Source: Patescibacteria group bacterium (GTDB lineage Bacteria; Patescibacteriota; Patescibacteriia; Patescibacteriales; BS150m-G62). Taken from it: DNA of 55,441 nt. A program made the position numbers and the translations under genes. This document shows, piece after piece, positions 41,494-50,594 of the stretch (the stretch's first letter is position 1; each line of letters opens with the position of its first letter). The notes beneath the pieces were generated by a model. That model worked only from the letters and a program-made list of their open reading frames with translations, was not told the DNA's origin and ran no database searches. The stretch lies in the NCBI GenBank assembly GCA_016784175.1, contig JADHVC010000003.1, positions 1 through 55,441 of the forward strand, written 5' to 3'.

Positions 41494-43449
41494 TTATTTT
41501 TCTGGCTTAAGCCAACATTCTAAAGAACCCTTTGTTGTTTGATGCTCTAAAAGCTTTTCAAGCTCCATGCTCGTAACCGCAGGGGCACAAAAAAAGCCTT
41601 GAAATAAGTCTCCATTTCCAACGAGCGGCTTTAAGAGTGATATTTGCTCACAAGTCTCGATTCCCTCAATAATCACTGAAAGTCCAAGATTATGAACTAA
41701 ATTAATAACACTTGAAACAAAACTTATACCTTCTTCTACCACATCCTTAACAAAATATCGATCAATTTTAATCGCAGTAAAAATTCCACTCTTAACTGCG
41801 ATGAGATTCGAATTTTGCGTTCCAAAATCATCAAGGTGAAGCTCTGTGCCAAGATCCGCTAATCGCATCATTCTTTGAGCAATTACTGGAGTAATAAGGT
41901 ATGACTCTGTAAACTCCAAAACAAGAATATTAGGATTAATTTCGCTTCTAGCAATTTCCATGAAAAGATTGTTTACAAAGGTTGGGTTTTCAAACTCCTT
42001 ACCTGAAACATTAAGACTCACCTTAATTTCTATTTTCATATTTTCCCAGACTTTAATCTGTGCGCATACTATCTGGACTACCAAATTACCAAGCGAAATA
42101 ATTAAGCTACTACTTTCTGCCACAGCGATAAACTCAACTGGAGAAATATAACCACCCGTATTTGGGTCAATTAAACGCATTAATGCTTCGCAACTCACAA
42201 TCTCCCCACTCACATCCACTTGAGGTTGATAGTGCACCAATATACTTCTATTCTCTATTGCCTTACTCAAAATGCTTCTTACATAAGCACTTCTAATCTC
42301 AGCTGCTGTCATAGAAACATTAAAGCATCGATAAACCCCCTGCGGTGAGCTATGTTGCTCAGATTTACCATTTCCTTTAGCTTGATACATCGCAATATCA
42401 GCATTCTTAAGAAGTTCTGTAGCATCATTTCCGTTAATGGGATAAAACGAAATACCAATACTAAGCTTTATTTGCATTTGATTTTCATTAAATACAAATT
42501 CTGGTGCCATTACTTCCATTATTTTTTGAGCAATCGCTTTCGCTTGTTCATGGTTATCGACGTAAACAATTATTGTAAATTCATCACCCCCAATACGAGC
42601 CAATAAATCCTCTTGGCGCAAAACACTATTAACTCTTTTAACGAACTCCTTTAATAATGCATCTCCTGCATCATGTCCAAGATTATCATTAACCCACTTA
42701 AAGCGATCCAAATCAATCACAAAAACGGCAAACTTAAAATTATGTCTTTTTGCCGCCGATATTACTTGTTTTAGTTGATCAAAAAAAGCTTCCCTGTTCG
42801 AAATACCGGTTAAAGCATCACGATAAGCGATCTCTTTAAACTTAAATAGTGGAAGCAAATTTACCCTACTAAACAGATAACTCACCAGGAGCATAAAAAT
42901 TAATGACGCAATTGCAGCCCACAAAAAAGGAGACCTTATCTCTGACATATTCATTTTTGCGACTATACCTACCACATCGCTATTAATATCAACAAATCCA
43001 AACGCCACCAACTCTTCAATTCTATTATCAGAGCTAATAACTACGCCACTTTGCTTTTTAAGCGCATTCCTCATTGGCATAATTATAGGTTCGCCATGAT
43101 AAAAACTTTCTGCGATACCAGCCTCAAAGTGCTCATCATGATTATGGTGAAAAAAAAATCGCGTTTTATTTCCGCGCTTTAATGCCATCTGTAATTCAAT
43201 ATTCTCGTATTCTCCCAACTCACTATGAGATTCAACTACGGATAACAATTTTTCTATACCGGTATTTTTTATAATACGAATATGAGAGTTTACCACTATT
43301 TCAAGTAAATGCTCCTGTTGACGAAATGCTATATTGTAAAATATAGCAATAATTATGGTAGTTACTAAAAACAAAACTAAATTCATTGTTGCTATTGTTT
43401 TTAGCTCAGATGAAACTTTACTCACACGAACTTCAGACATTAAATTCAC
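41494..43449 (-). CDS. Membrane-bound GGDEF-EAL diguanylate cyclase/phosphodiesterase
   Basis: Two TMs with a sensor loop; DALTGISNR, DLDRFK.VND..GH, RQED-x5-GGDEF, YQPQ, EAL, LDDFGT, KIDR, EGIET, QGF. Confidence 0.95.
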   Translation of the reverse strand: MNLMSEVRVSKVSSELKTIATMNLVLFLVTTIIIAIFYNIAFRQQEHLLEIVVNSHIRIIKNTGIEKLLSVVESHSELGEYENIELQMALKRGNKTRFFFHHNHDEHFEAGIAESFYHGEPIIMPMRNALKKQSGVVISSDNRIEELVAFGFVDINSDVVGIVAKMNMSEIRSPFLWAAIASLIFMLLVSYLFSRVNLLPLFKFKEIAYRDALTGISNREAFFDQLKQVISAAKRHNFKFAVFVIDLDRFKWVNDNLGHDAGDALLKEFVKRVNSVLRQEDLLARIGGDEFTIIVYVDNHEQAKAIAQKIMEVMAPEFVFNENQMQIKLSIGISFYPINGNDATELLKNADIAMYQAKGNGKSEQHSSPQGVYRCFNVSMTAAEIRSAYVRSILSKAIENRSILVHYQPQVDVSGEIVSCEALMRLIDPNTGGYISPVEFIAVAESSSLIISLGNLVVQIVCAQIKVWENMKIEIKVSLNVSGKEFENPTFVNNLFMEIARSEINPNILVLEFTESYLITPVIAQRMMRLADLGTELHLDDFGTQNSNLIAVKSGIFTAIKIDRYFVKDVVEEGISFVSSVINLVHNLGLSVIIEGIETCEQISLLKPLVGNGDLFQGFFCAPAVTSMELEKLLEHQTTKGSLECWLKPEK

Positions 43450-43710
43450 TTCCCTTATAAATTGTTAATGAACGATAACACTTTATATAAAGACTACATC
43501 ATGTAGTATTTTTTTTCAATCCCTACGGTAAAGTACTGATAACCAATCAAAATAACCCAAAGAATAAAACTATTTTTCATACCAGTCTCGTATCCATCTA
43601 ACTATATCCACAAAAAGTGTTTACTCAAAAGAATACGCACTCTATTTGTAATGCAATAAAAAAAAGTAGTTAGGGATACCGAACACACAAAAATACGCAC
43701 TACTTAAATG

Positions 43711-43899
43711 CTAACTGCTCACTATGTCTGCATTATTTTTGAGCGCATATGGAATATGTAGTAATTTTTCGCAGAATTTAACTTAAAAAATTTTATGTTT
43801 GAGTGAAGCGAGTTTAAAATTTTTGTTAAATTGTGCATAAAAAATTGCCCAATATTCCATCCCAAGCGAAAAAGTGATGCAGACATAGTGAGCAGTTAC
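43711..43899 (+). mobile_element. Palindromic MITE-like repeat, copy 6
   Basis: 189 bp, flanked by perfect 8-bp direct repeat CTTAAATG (43703-43710 / 43900-43907). Confidence 0.9.
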
Positions 43900-43984
43900 C
43901 TTAAATGCTATTGTTTTTTTTAGTAAATATGATTTACTATAATGAATCGCAATGTTCTTTAAATATACTTAAAAGGAGAAACGG

Positions 43985-44449
43985 GTGAAAATTATTTTTT
44001 TGCAAACCGGTGGGACAATTGATAAAGATTACAAGGCAAATAAAAAAAATCATGGATACAATTTTGAAATTCATAAACCTGCCGTTAAGTTCATTTTACA
44101 TGCACTTAAACCAAAATTTAAATATAAAATATTAACTGTCTGTAAAAAAGATAGTTTATATCTAACAGATAATGACAGGCAAAGAATTCTTCACCAATGC
44201 CAAAAAATAAAAGCCAAAAAGATCATCATTACTCATGGAACAGATACATTTAAAAAAACTGCCGAGCAACTCAGCCAAATTACAGACAAGGCTATTATTT
44301 TAACTGGCGCTATGGTGCCTGCAAGATTCGTTGATACGGACGCTATCTTCAATATAGGCGTTGCAATAGGTGCTATAAACAATATAAAAAATGGAGTCTA
44401 TATATCTATTGGTGGTATCACATACCCTTGGGACGATTATAACCCATAA
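43985..44449 (+). CDS. Asparaginase N-terminal-domain protein (short form)
   Basis: TGGTIDK, KDS, ITHGTDT, ILTGAM.P, DA.FN.G.A. Confidence 0.88.
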   Translation: MKIIFLQTGGTIDKDYKANKKNHGYNFEIHKPAVKFILHALKPKFKYKILTVCKKDSLYLTDNDRQRILHQCQKIKAKKIIITHGTDTFKKTAEQLSQITDKAIILTGAMVPARFVDTDAIFNIGVAIGAINNIKNGVYISIGGITYPWDDYNP

Positions 44450-44565
44450 TATAACACCAATAATCCCAAGGCTCAACATTCATTTGTTGGGCTTTTTTCT
44501 TGAACCAAATCGCCACTCTTATGCGGGAAATTAGCTAGGTTCAACCTGATTGGTCCTTGATAAAC

Positions 44566-44780
44566 TGAACTGGTAGGTTAACGAAAAGTTAAGCCACTAA
44601 AATTTGCAAAATTTCAATAAAAATAGTATCATATATTATTCATTTAAAATTTGTAATTTTTAGTAAAATATGGATAATCCAACAATAAGCTCAAAAAAGA
44701 AAAAAAGCTACACACCAGAGTTTAAATTAAAGTTAGCAATTGAAGCAAATGAACTACCCCGCAGCAAGCTGACGGGGTAG
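44566..44780 (+). mobile_element. IS3-family remnant: putative left IR and truncated orfA
   Basis: TGAAC-starting IR-like segment at 44566; ORF 44670-44780 contains KKSYTPEFKLKLAIEA, like IS3 OrfA N-termini. Confidence 0.55.
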
Positions 44781-44787
44781 TTCATTT
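44747..44787. repeat. 41-bp palindrome resembling IS200/IS605-family end hairpins
   Basis: AAATGAACTACCCCG-CAGC-AA-GCTG-A-CGGGGTAGTTCATTT. Confidence 0.65.
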
Positions 44788-44788
44788 T

Positions 44789-45235
44789 GATATGAGGGCG
44801 GATAATGAAATATCAAAAGAACAATACGCAAAAAAGAAAAAAATTATTGAAAACAACATTAACCATTATTAATCGCTAATAGAAAAACTGGAAAATGAAA
44901 AAAAAGAACAAAAAGAAAAAAACATTAAATATTTTGAATTTGCTACTAATTTAAAGAAAAAGTTTGAAAATGGTACGCCGGAACTTAAAAAAAGAATTGC
45001 TTTAAATTTAGGTTCAAACCTGTCAATAAAGGATAGAAAAGCCCATTTTTGCTTAGACTTTCCTTTACGACCCTTTGAAAAGTATGCTCCAAGAGTAAAG
45101 CAAGAAATATCTATGGTTCAAACCAATGAAAAACCTTTGTTTAAAACACAAAACACCTCTTTGCAAGGTGCTTGTATCAGTATGCAGAGGCTAGTAGACG
45201 TTATTAGAACTGAGATTATGAATAATTTAAACTAA
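44789..45235 (+). pseudogene. C-terminal remnant of a large serine recombinase
   Basis: Own translation DMRADNEISKEQY...(TAA 44870)...FEFATNLKKKFENG..ELKKRI..NLGSNL.IKD.K...PF...MQRLVDVIRT; resembles CPR recombinase tails; no catalytic N-terminus. Confidence 0.55.
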
Positions 45236-45395
45236 ATTTCCTACGACTATATAATAACATAGTCCTTAATCTTAAAAATTTCTTTTTCTGAATTTACCAA
45301 ATTATTATTTTGATAAACTCGGAAAAGGAGGGATTGTAGCGGTATACAATCCCATAATGATAATCACCGAAAAATCCGCTTCGGTCCAGTTGTTG

Positions 45396-45722
45396 TCAGC
45401 TGAGGTTTTTTCGAACCTCATCAAGGGCAGACTGCATAGCAATCCGATCTTCCACGGAAGGGCCACAACCGCTGACATCATCTTCATCTTCAAAAAAAGG
45501 ATACTTCCCGAAAACAGCCTTTCCATCTTTGCTGATTCCACCATGGAGATACTCTTCACCGCCGTCTATTCCGACAACGAGGTTGTCTTTAGGAGCGGAG
45601 GCCCACAGAGTTTGGGTTGCCCCTCCCTCTAAATGAACGATACTGGTTTCGTAGACCAACACTTGATGGTCATGTTTTTTTCCGCCCTTATTAATCGTGT
45701 CCCACACCAACTGACTCTTCAT
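45396..45722 (-). CDS. Hypothetical protein
   Basis: 108 aa, SD GGGGGAG, visibly more GC-rich than its surroundings. Confidence 0.55.
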   Translation of the reverse strand: MKSQLVWDTINKGGKKHDHQVLVYETSIVHLEGGATQTLWASAPKDNLVVGIDGGEEYLHGGISKDGKAVFGKYPFFEDEDDVSGCGPSVEDRIAMQSALDEVRKNLS

Positions 45723-45999
45723 GCCATTTTTCTCCCCCGTTTATTCGACTGGCGAGGAGCTCTAATAATAAAGTTAAACTTCTGAGTACTAGCTTTAGTT
45801 GTAACAATTAAATTACATCCAAGGCTAGTACCCAGAAAACAACAACTGAATTTTAAAGAACAATTCTCTTTGTCTTTTACAAAGAGATAATTAAATACAA
45901 AAGTGAATTGAATTCTTATATTTAATTATCTTTTTGGAATTAATCGTGATGTTATCTTAACATATTATATTAATAATGTCAATAGCATTAGACAATAAT

Positions 46000-46764
46000 C
46001 ACTACTGTCCGGTAGAAATTTTGGCGAAGCCAAAATTGTTACCAAAAACTTTGCTGTGGATTTTCTTCTGGTTTGAATTTAATAATTGTTTTTGTGTCTA
46101 GCGAGAGCATATCAATTAGACTCCTCCTAAACATTATCGTTTCTTTAATCATCCTTGTTAGCGTTAACAGTGATTTTTTAAATTTTGTTTGAAATTTAAT
46201 ATAGGCTAATAATAAATAATAAATCATCGCTATCCAAATTTGCGTCATTACTGCATTTTTACTTGTTCCTAGGAATGTTTTGATTTTCAAATTCTGCTTA
46301 ATCCATTTAAAGAAAATTTCTATCTGCCATCTGTCTTTATAAATACCAGCAATTTGCAGAGCTGTAAGTGTGAAATTGTTTGTTAAATATATATACTCTT
46401 TTTTTGTTTCTTCGTCATAATATTTAATTCTTCTTAGCTTTTTCGGATACTTTTCATATTTCATTGTCATATAATCGCCAAAAATCACTATTTCATCGGC
46501 TATTACGCCTTTTTCTAATGTTTTTTTATGCTGTCCGACAACAAAGATATTTTGGTTACTTTTAGCTCTTGAAACAAAAGTAATTTCTTTTTTATCTAAT
46601 TCTTTCCACCATTCATAATCAATGTAGGCTCTATCAAAAACCAATATGCTACCTTTCTCAATATTTAAAATCATTTGCTTTATGGCTGTGATATCAGCAA
46701 CATTACCTTCGGTAATGTTCAATAACTCTGGTATTGTTGTGCGGTTATTCAGTAATGTGTTCAA
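46000..46764 (-). mobile_element. IS4-family element, 5'-truncated (DDE transposase remnant 46039-46764 plus right IR)
   Basis: VFDRAY, YLTN, Y..RWQIE.FFKWIKQNLKIK.F.GTS.NAV..QIW (YREK motif); end ...CCGGACAGTAGTG at 46000; N-terminal part and first catalytic Asp region missing. Confidence 0.85.
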
Positions 46765-47165
46765 TCCAATAGCAAGGCCAAGATTTGTTTAATTGAGAAT
46801 ACGCAAAAAAAATCGCATTCAGCTCATGAAGTGATCTCTCAGTGTTTTTCCCATGATCATGTGAGCAAAATTGCTAATGGAGAAATGTTATTTTTCGAAA
46901 CAATCTACGGGAAAGATGCAGAAAAAGAATGTTCGAAAAAAAATATAACTCACAGCAGCGTAAAAAAATAATCAAAACGAAGTATCAAGGAGCAAATATT
47001 ATCCATAGTTACGCCAGTGATCCACACTAAACGTGGACACTGGTTTTTTCTTTGTTGAAAATTTTATGCATTGCCTTGTATTCGGTATTCTTAAATAATT
47101 AATTTACAAGTGGGTTATTATCTTGAAGTAAAAAAACAGGCTAAAATTAACCCATTTTTTATCCG

Positions 47166-47236
47166 CAGGGGTGGCAGGAATCGAACCCACGCTAGAGGTT
47201 TTGGAGACCCCTGTACTACCACTATACGACACCCCC
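47166..47236 (-). tRNA. trnW: tRNA-Trp (CCA anticodon), 3'-CCA not encoded
   Basis: GGGGGTG-TC-GTATAGTGGTAGTAC-A-GGGGT-CTCCAAA-ACCTC-TAGC-GTGGG-TTCGATT-CCTGC-CACCCCT-G cloverleaf; follows rpmG. Confidence 0.95.
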
Positions 47237-47423
47237 CCCTTAAATATTTACTAAATATAACTAATTTATTCACCCTCAATTGAATTACCAGGACAATAAC
47301 AAGAAATTACAGATCCTCAAGGTGAAACAAATATCTACAGTTATCATTAAATTAAAAATAGCAAATATAAAACCACTAGTCCAGTGCTATAAACTAGCGG
47401 CTTACAATAAAATTCAAAAATAA

Positions 47424-47579
47424 CTATTTTGTTTCCTTGTGATCTGCGTGAGTAGAACAAAACTTACAAAATTTCTTCAAAATTAGTCTCTGCTTTAATG
47501 TTTTTTTATTTTTCTTAGAATTATAATTTACCCGTTTGCAAAGTGTGCATTCGAGCTTAATCATATTATCTTGACTCAT
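47424..47579 (-). CDS. rpmG: 50S ribosomal protein L33 (zinc-ribbon type; not in ORF track)
   Basis: Own translation MSQDNMIKLECTLCKRVNYNSKKNKKTLKQRLILKKFCKFCSTHADHKETK*. Confidence 0.95.
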   Translation of the reverse strand: MSQDNMIKLECTLCKRVNYNSKKNKKTLKQRLILKKFCKFCSTHADHKETK

Positions 47580-47753
47580 ATTTTCAAATATTACAATTAA
47601 TTAAACAATAACTCCATTAAACCATGCTTAACACAAAATATCAAGAGCTTTAACAAAAATAGTGACGCGATGGATATTCATCTAACATATCCACTTCTAT
47701 ATAATTAAAAAAAACTGTATAATAGAATACATAATATGTAATTTTATAAAAAA

Positions 47754-49133
47754 ATGCCGATACCTAAAAAATCAAGCTCAAAGGAATCTTCTATGGGTAA
47801 CGCAAAGGAAGACAATCGAAAAAAAACAGAAAAAGAAGTGATAGAAAATAAAGAAATAATAAAGAGCAAAGAAAAAGAAATAAAAAAAGATAAAACTGAA
47901 CTAAATCTTGAACAAAGTAAAAAGGAGATTTACGATTTCAAAGAAGAAAACTGGCAAGATGAAGACATTCTCGATACAGAAGATTTAAACAAAAACAGTA
48001 ATCGCAAAAGAGTATCACTAAGTATATATAGAAAAATAGCTATTAGTTTTATTGTTGCTACAATTTTACTACTTGCATTTATTGTTTATCTTTATTTAGT
48101 AAAAGTTACAATCCATATCACTCCCGACAAAGAAAAAATCAACACAAATATAATAATTGATATATTAGATACTGAAAAACACACAGAACTAACAGGCAAT
48201 AAGAGTATTTTTGGAGCGGTTAAAGAGTTTGAAATCACACATTCTCGTATTTTTGAATCAACCGGTAAAAAAGTAATTAGTGATGAGATTATAGGTGAGG
48301 TTGATGTTATAAATAACTACACTAAAGCACAACCATTAGTTGCTTCGACTAGATTATTAACCGCAGACAATCAACTTTTTAGATTAAAAACTACTGTTAA
48401 TGTACCAGCAGGAAAAAGCGTAAAAGTCGAAATCTACACAGACAATCCAAGCCAAAAAATGGCTATCCAACCAACCACTTTTACAATTCCAGGGCTTTGG
48501 TCAGGAATACAAGATAAAATTTATGCACAAAATGCTCAACCTTTTATTTATCAAGAAAATGCAAAAAGATTTATACTAGAAGCTGACATTCTTGATGCAA
48601 AAGAGAAATTAAAAGCTGAGATAATAGCTAAAGCGGAAAAAGAAGTTGGGGCTATGTATTCAAACTTTGACAAATTTATCTATAAATTAAACGAGCAAGA
48701 AATCAAAGAAACTATAAGCGGAAAAGTACTTGATGAAGCAGAAGATTTCGAAGTTACAATAACAGCCAAGGTTTCTGTAATCGCCTTTAATAACAGTCCA
48801 ATCGAAGATTTAGCTCGGGTACACATGGAAAGCGAATTGAATGAGGGACAAAAACTCATTCAAATATTCAATAAAAATCTTGAGCATCACTTGGACAATT
48901 ATGATATAAATACTGGAATAGCTTCCTTGAATTCTTTTTTCTCAGCTGATGTAGCACTAAGCAAAGGTGGTAAAATATTTGAAAAAGAAAAGATATTAGG
49001 ACTAACAAAAAAACAACTAGAAGAATACCTAAGCGGTTTACCGGGTATAAAAAATTACACAATAGAGTTTAAGCCCGGCTTTGTAGAACGCGTACCAAAT
49101 GTAATCGACAGAATTGAAATTATTATAGAGTAG
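47754..49133 (+). CDS. Membrane-anchored hypothetical protein
   Basis: Charged low-complexity N-terminus, one TM, beta-rich extracellular part (G.V.VIN, QPLVASTR, FTIPGL). Confidence 0.75.
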   Translation: MPIPKKSSSKESSMGNAKEDNRKKTEKEVIENKEIIKSKEKEIKKDKTELNLEQSKKEIYDFKEENWQDEDILDTEDLNKNSNRKRVSLSIYRKIAISFIVATILLLAFIVYLYLVKVTIHITPDKEKINTNIIIDILDTEKHTELTGNKSIFGAVKEFEITHSRIFESTGKKVISDEIIGEVDVINNYTKAQPLVASTRLLTADNQLFRLKTTVNVPAGKSVKVEIYTDNPSQKMAIQPTTFTIPGLWSGIQDKIYAQNAQPFIYQENAKRFILEADILDAKEKLKAEIIAKAEKEVGAMYSNFDKFIYKLNEQEIKETISGKVLDEAEDFEVTITAKVSVIAFNNSPIEDLARVHMESELNEGQKLIQIFNKNLEHHLDNYDINTGIASLNSFFSADVALSKGGKIFEKEKILGLTKKQLEEYLSGLPGIKNYTIEFKPGFVERVPNVIDRIEIIIE

Positions 49134-49240
49134 CAATACACTTTTAGCGGAGAATACACCAATTTTCCGCTTTTTTTATTGTATAAATCTGAATATTAAT
49201 GTAATATTAATTAGTTATTAGTAATCAAATCAATAATTAA

Positions 49241-50578
49241 ATGAAAATGAAAATATTTAAATACAACGTAGTTTTAATAGGTTGCCAAATGAATGTCAGT
49301 GACGCTGAAAGAATCAAAGGAATACTAGAAGACATGGGTCTAGTAAACTCGAATGAACGAAACGAAGCTGATGTTGTTATTGTCACCACTTGCGGTGTAC
49401 GCCAACATGCGGAGGATAGAATCTACGGGATCATACCAAGAATCAAAAAACACAATCCAAAATCAATCATTGTCCTAACTGGTTGCTTATCAAAAAGACA
49501 AGACGTAATAAACAGACTAAATAAACATGTTGACATATGGCTCAATGCAAAAGATATGGCCAATTTAAGTCAATTATTATTCGAAAAACTACCAACGCTT
49601 AAGCCTCAACCTAAAAACATAGAATCGCTGAAAAACTATTTGTCATTACAACCAAAATACACATCAAAATATTCAGCCTATGTTCCTATTGGAAACGGCT
49701 GTAACAATTGGTGTACATATTGCGTTGTACCAAAAGCACGAGGATCAGAGGCTTATCGAGCACCTGAAGAAATTTTAAATGAAGTTAGAGGTTTAATTAA
49801 AAATAATTACAAAGAGATTACTCTAATTGCTCAGAATGTTGATAGTTACAATTTTATTGATGAATCTAACAATAGCACTAGTTTTGCGACGCTCTTACAA
49901 CAAGTAGACGACTTAGAAGGGGAGTATTGGTTAAGATTTTCCACAAACCACCCAAAAGATATATCAAATGATTTGGTTCAAGTAATAAAAAATGGTAAAA
50001 GAATTTGTCCACATATTCATCTGCCTGTACAGTCTGGTGACGATGAAATACTAAAAGCGATGAACCGTAATTACACAAAAGAAGAATATCTAAGATTAGT
50101 TGATACAATTAGGATAAACTTAGACGCCGAACTTCCTGCGACAATTACCACTGATATTATTGTTGGTTACCCTCAAGAATCCTTAGATCAATTTAATAAT
50201 ACAGCACAATTAATGCGCGAAGTAAGCTTTGATATGGTATATATTTCACAATACTCACCAAGACCAAATACAGCTAGCTATAATCTTAATGATAATGTTA
50301 CAACGGAAGAGAAAAAAAGACGTGAAGATGAGCTAACTGAAATACTAAAAACTACAAATAGTGCTAACAATAGGAAATATATTGGTAAAAATATACGTGT
50401 TCTTATTATTGGAAATAAAAAAGGGTATATTATCGCTCGGACAAATACTGGAAAAAATGTTAAAATAAAAATAGATAATGAATTAAATTCAAAACAAATT
50501 ATTGGCGAATTTGCAAATGTAACAATTATTGATGCCGAAAGTTACAAGCTATATGGAAAAATAATTAAAAGCCAATAA
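49241..50578 (+). CDS. miaB: tRNA 2-methylthiotransferase MiaB (radical SAM)
   Basis: GCQMNVSDAE, TTCGVR..AE, GCNNWCTYCVVP..RG.E, HLPVQSG, TDIIVGYP, YSPRP.T. Confidence 0.93.
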   Translation: MKMKIFKYNVVLIGCQMNVSDAERIKGILEDMGLVNSNERNEADVVIVTTCGVRQHAEDRIYGIIPRIKKHNPKSIIVLTGCLSKRQDVINRLNKHVDIWLNAKDMANLSQLLFEKLPTLKPQPKNIESLKNYLSLQPKYTSKYSAYVPIGNGCNNWCTYCVVPKARGSEAYRAPEEILNEVRGLIKNNYKEITLIAQNVDSYNFIDESNNSTSFATLLQQVDDLEGEYWLRFSTNHPKDISNDLVQVIKNGKRICPHIHLPVQSGDDEILKAMNRNYTKEEYLRLVDTIRINLDAELPATITTDIIVGYPQESLDQFNNTAQLMREVSFDMVYISQYSPRPNTASYNLNDNVTTEEKKRREDELTEILKTTNSANNRKYIGKNIRVLIIGNKKGYIIARTNTGKNVKIKIDNELNSKQIIGEFANVTIIDAESYKLYGKIIKSQ

Positions 50579-50594
50579 TTTTGATAACCTAAAG

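Noticed and set aside
43632..43701. Direct repeat AATACGCACT 60 bp apart
   Set aside because: Only two 10-bp copies with no further context.
45305..45632. Alternative ORFs 45305-45559 (-) and 45357-45632 (+)
   Set aside because: They overlap 45396-45722, which has the SD site and upstream promoter.
46000..46764. IS4 remnant as the autonomous partner of the MITE
   Set aside because: Its end (CACTACTGTCC) does not resemble GTAACTGCTCAC, and the transposase is truncated.
47166..47236. Alternative genetic code (TGA recoding) as in some CPR lineages
   Set aside because: Long conserved genes are uninterrupted in code 11, TGA ends mreC, and tRNA-Trp has a normal CCA anticodon.
47754..49133. Phage baseplate or prophage interpretation of the 459-aa protein
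   Set aside because: No phage structural genes nearby; it is TM-anchored and sits among housekeeping genes.
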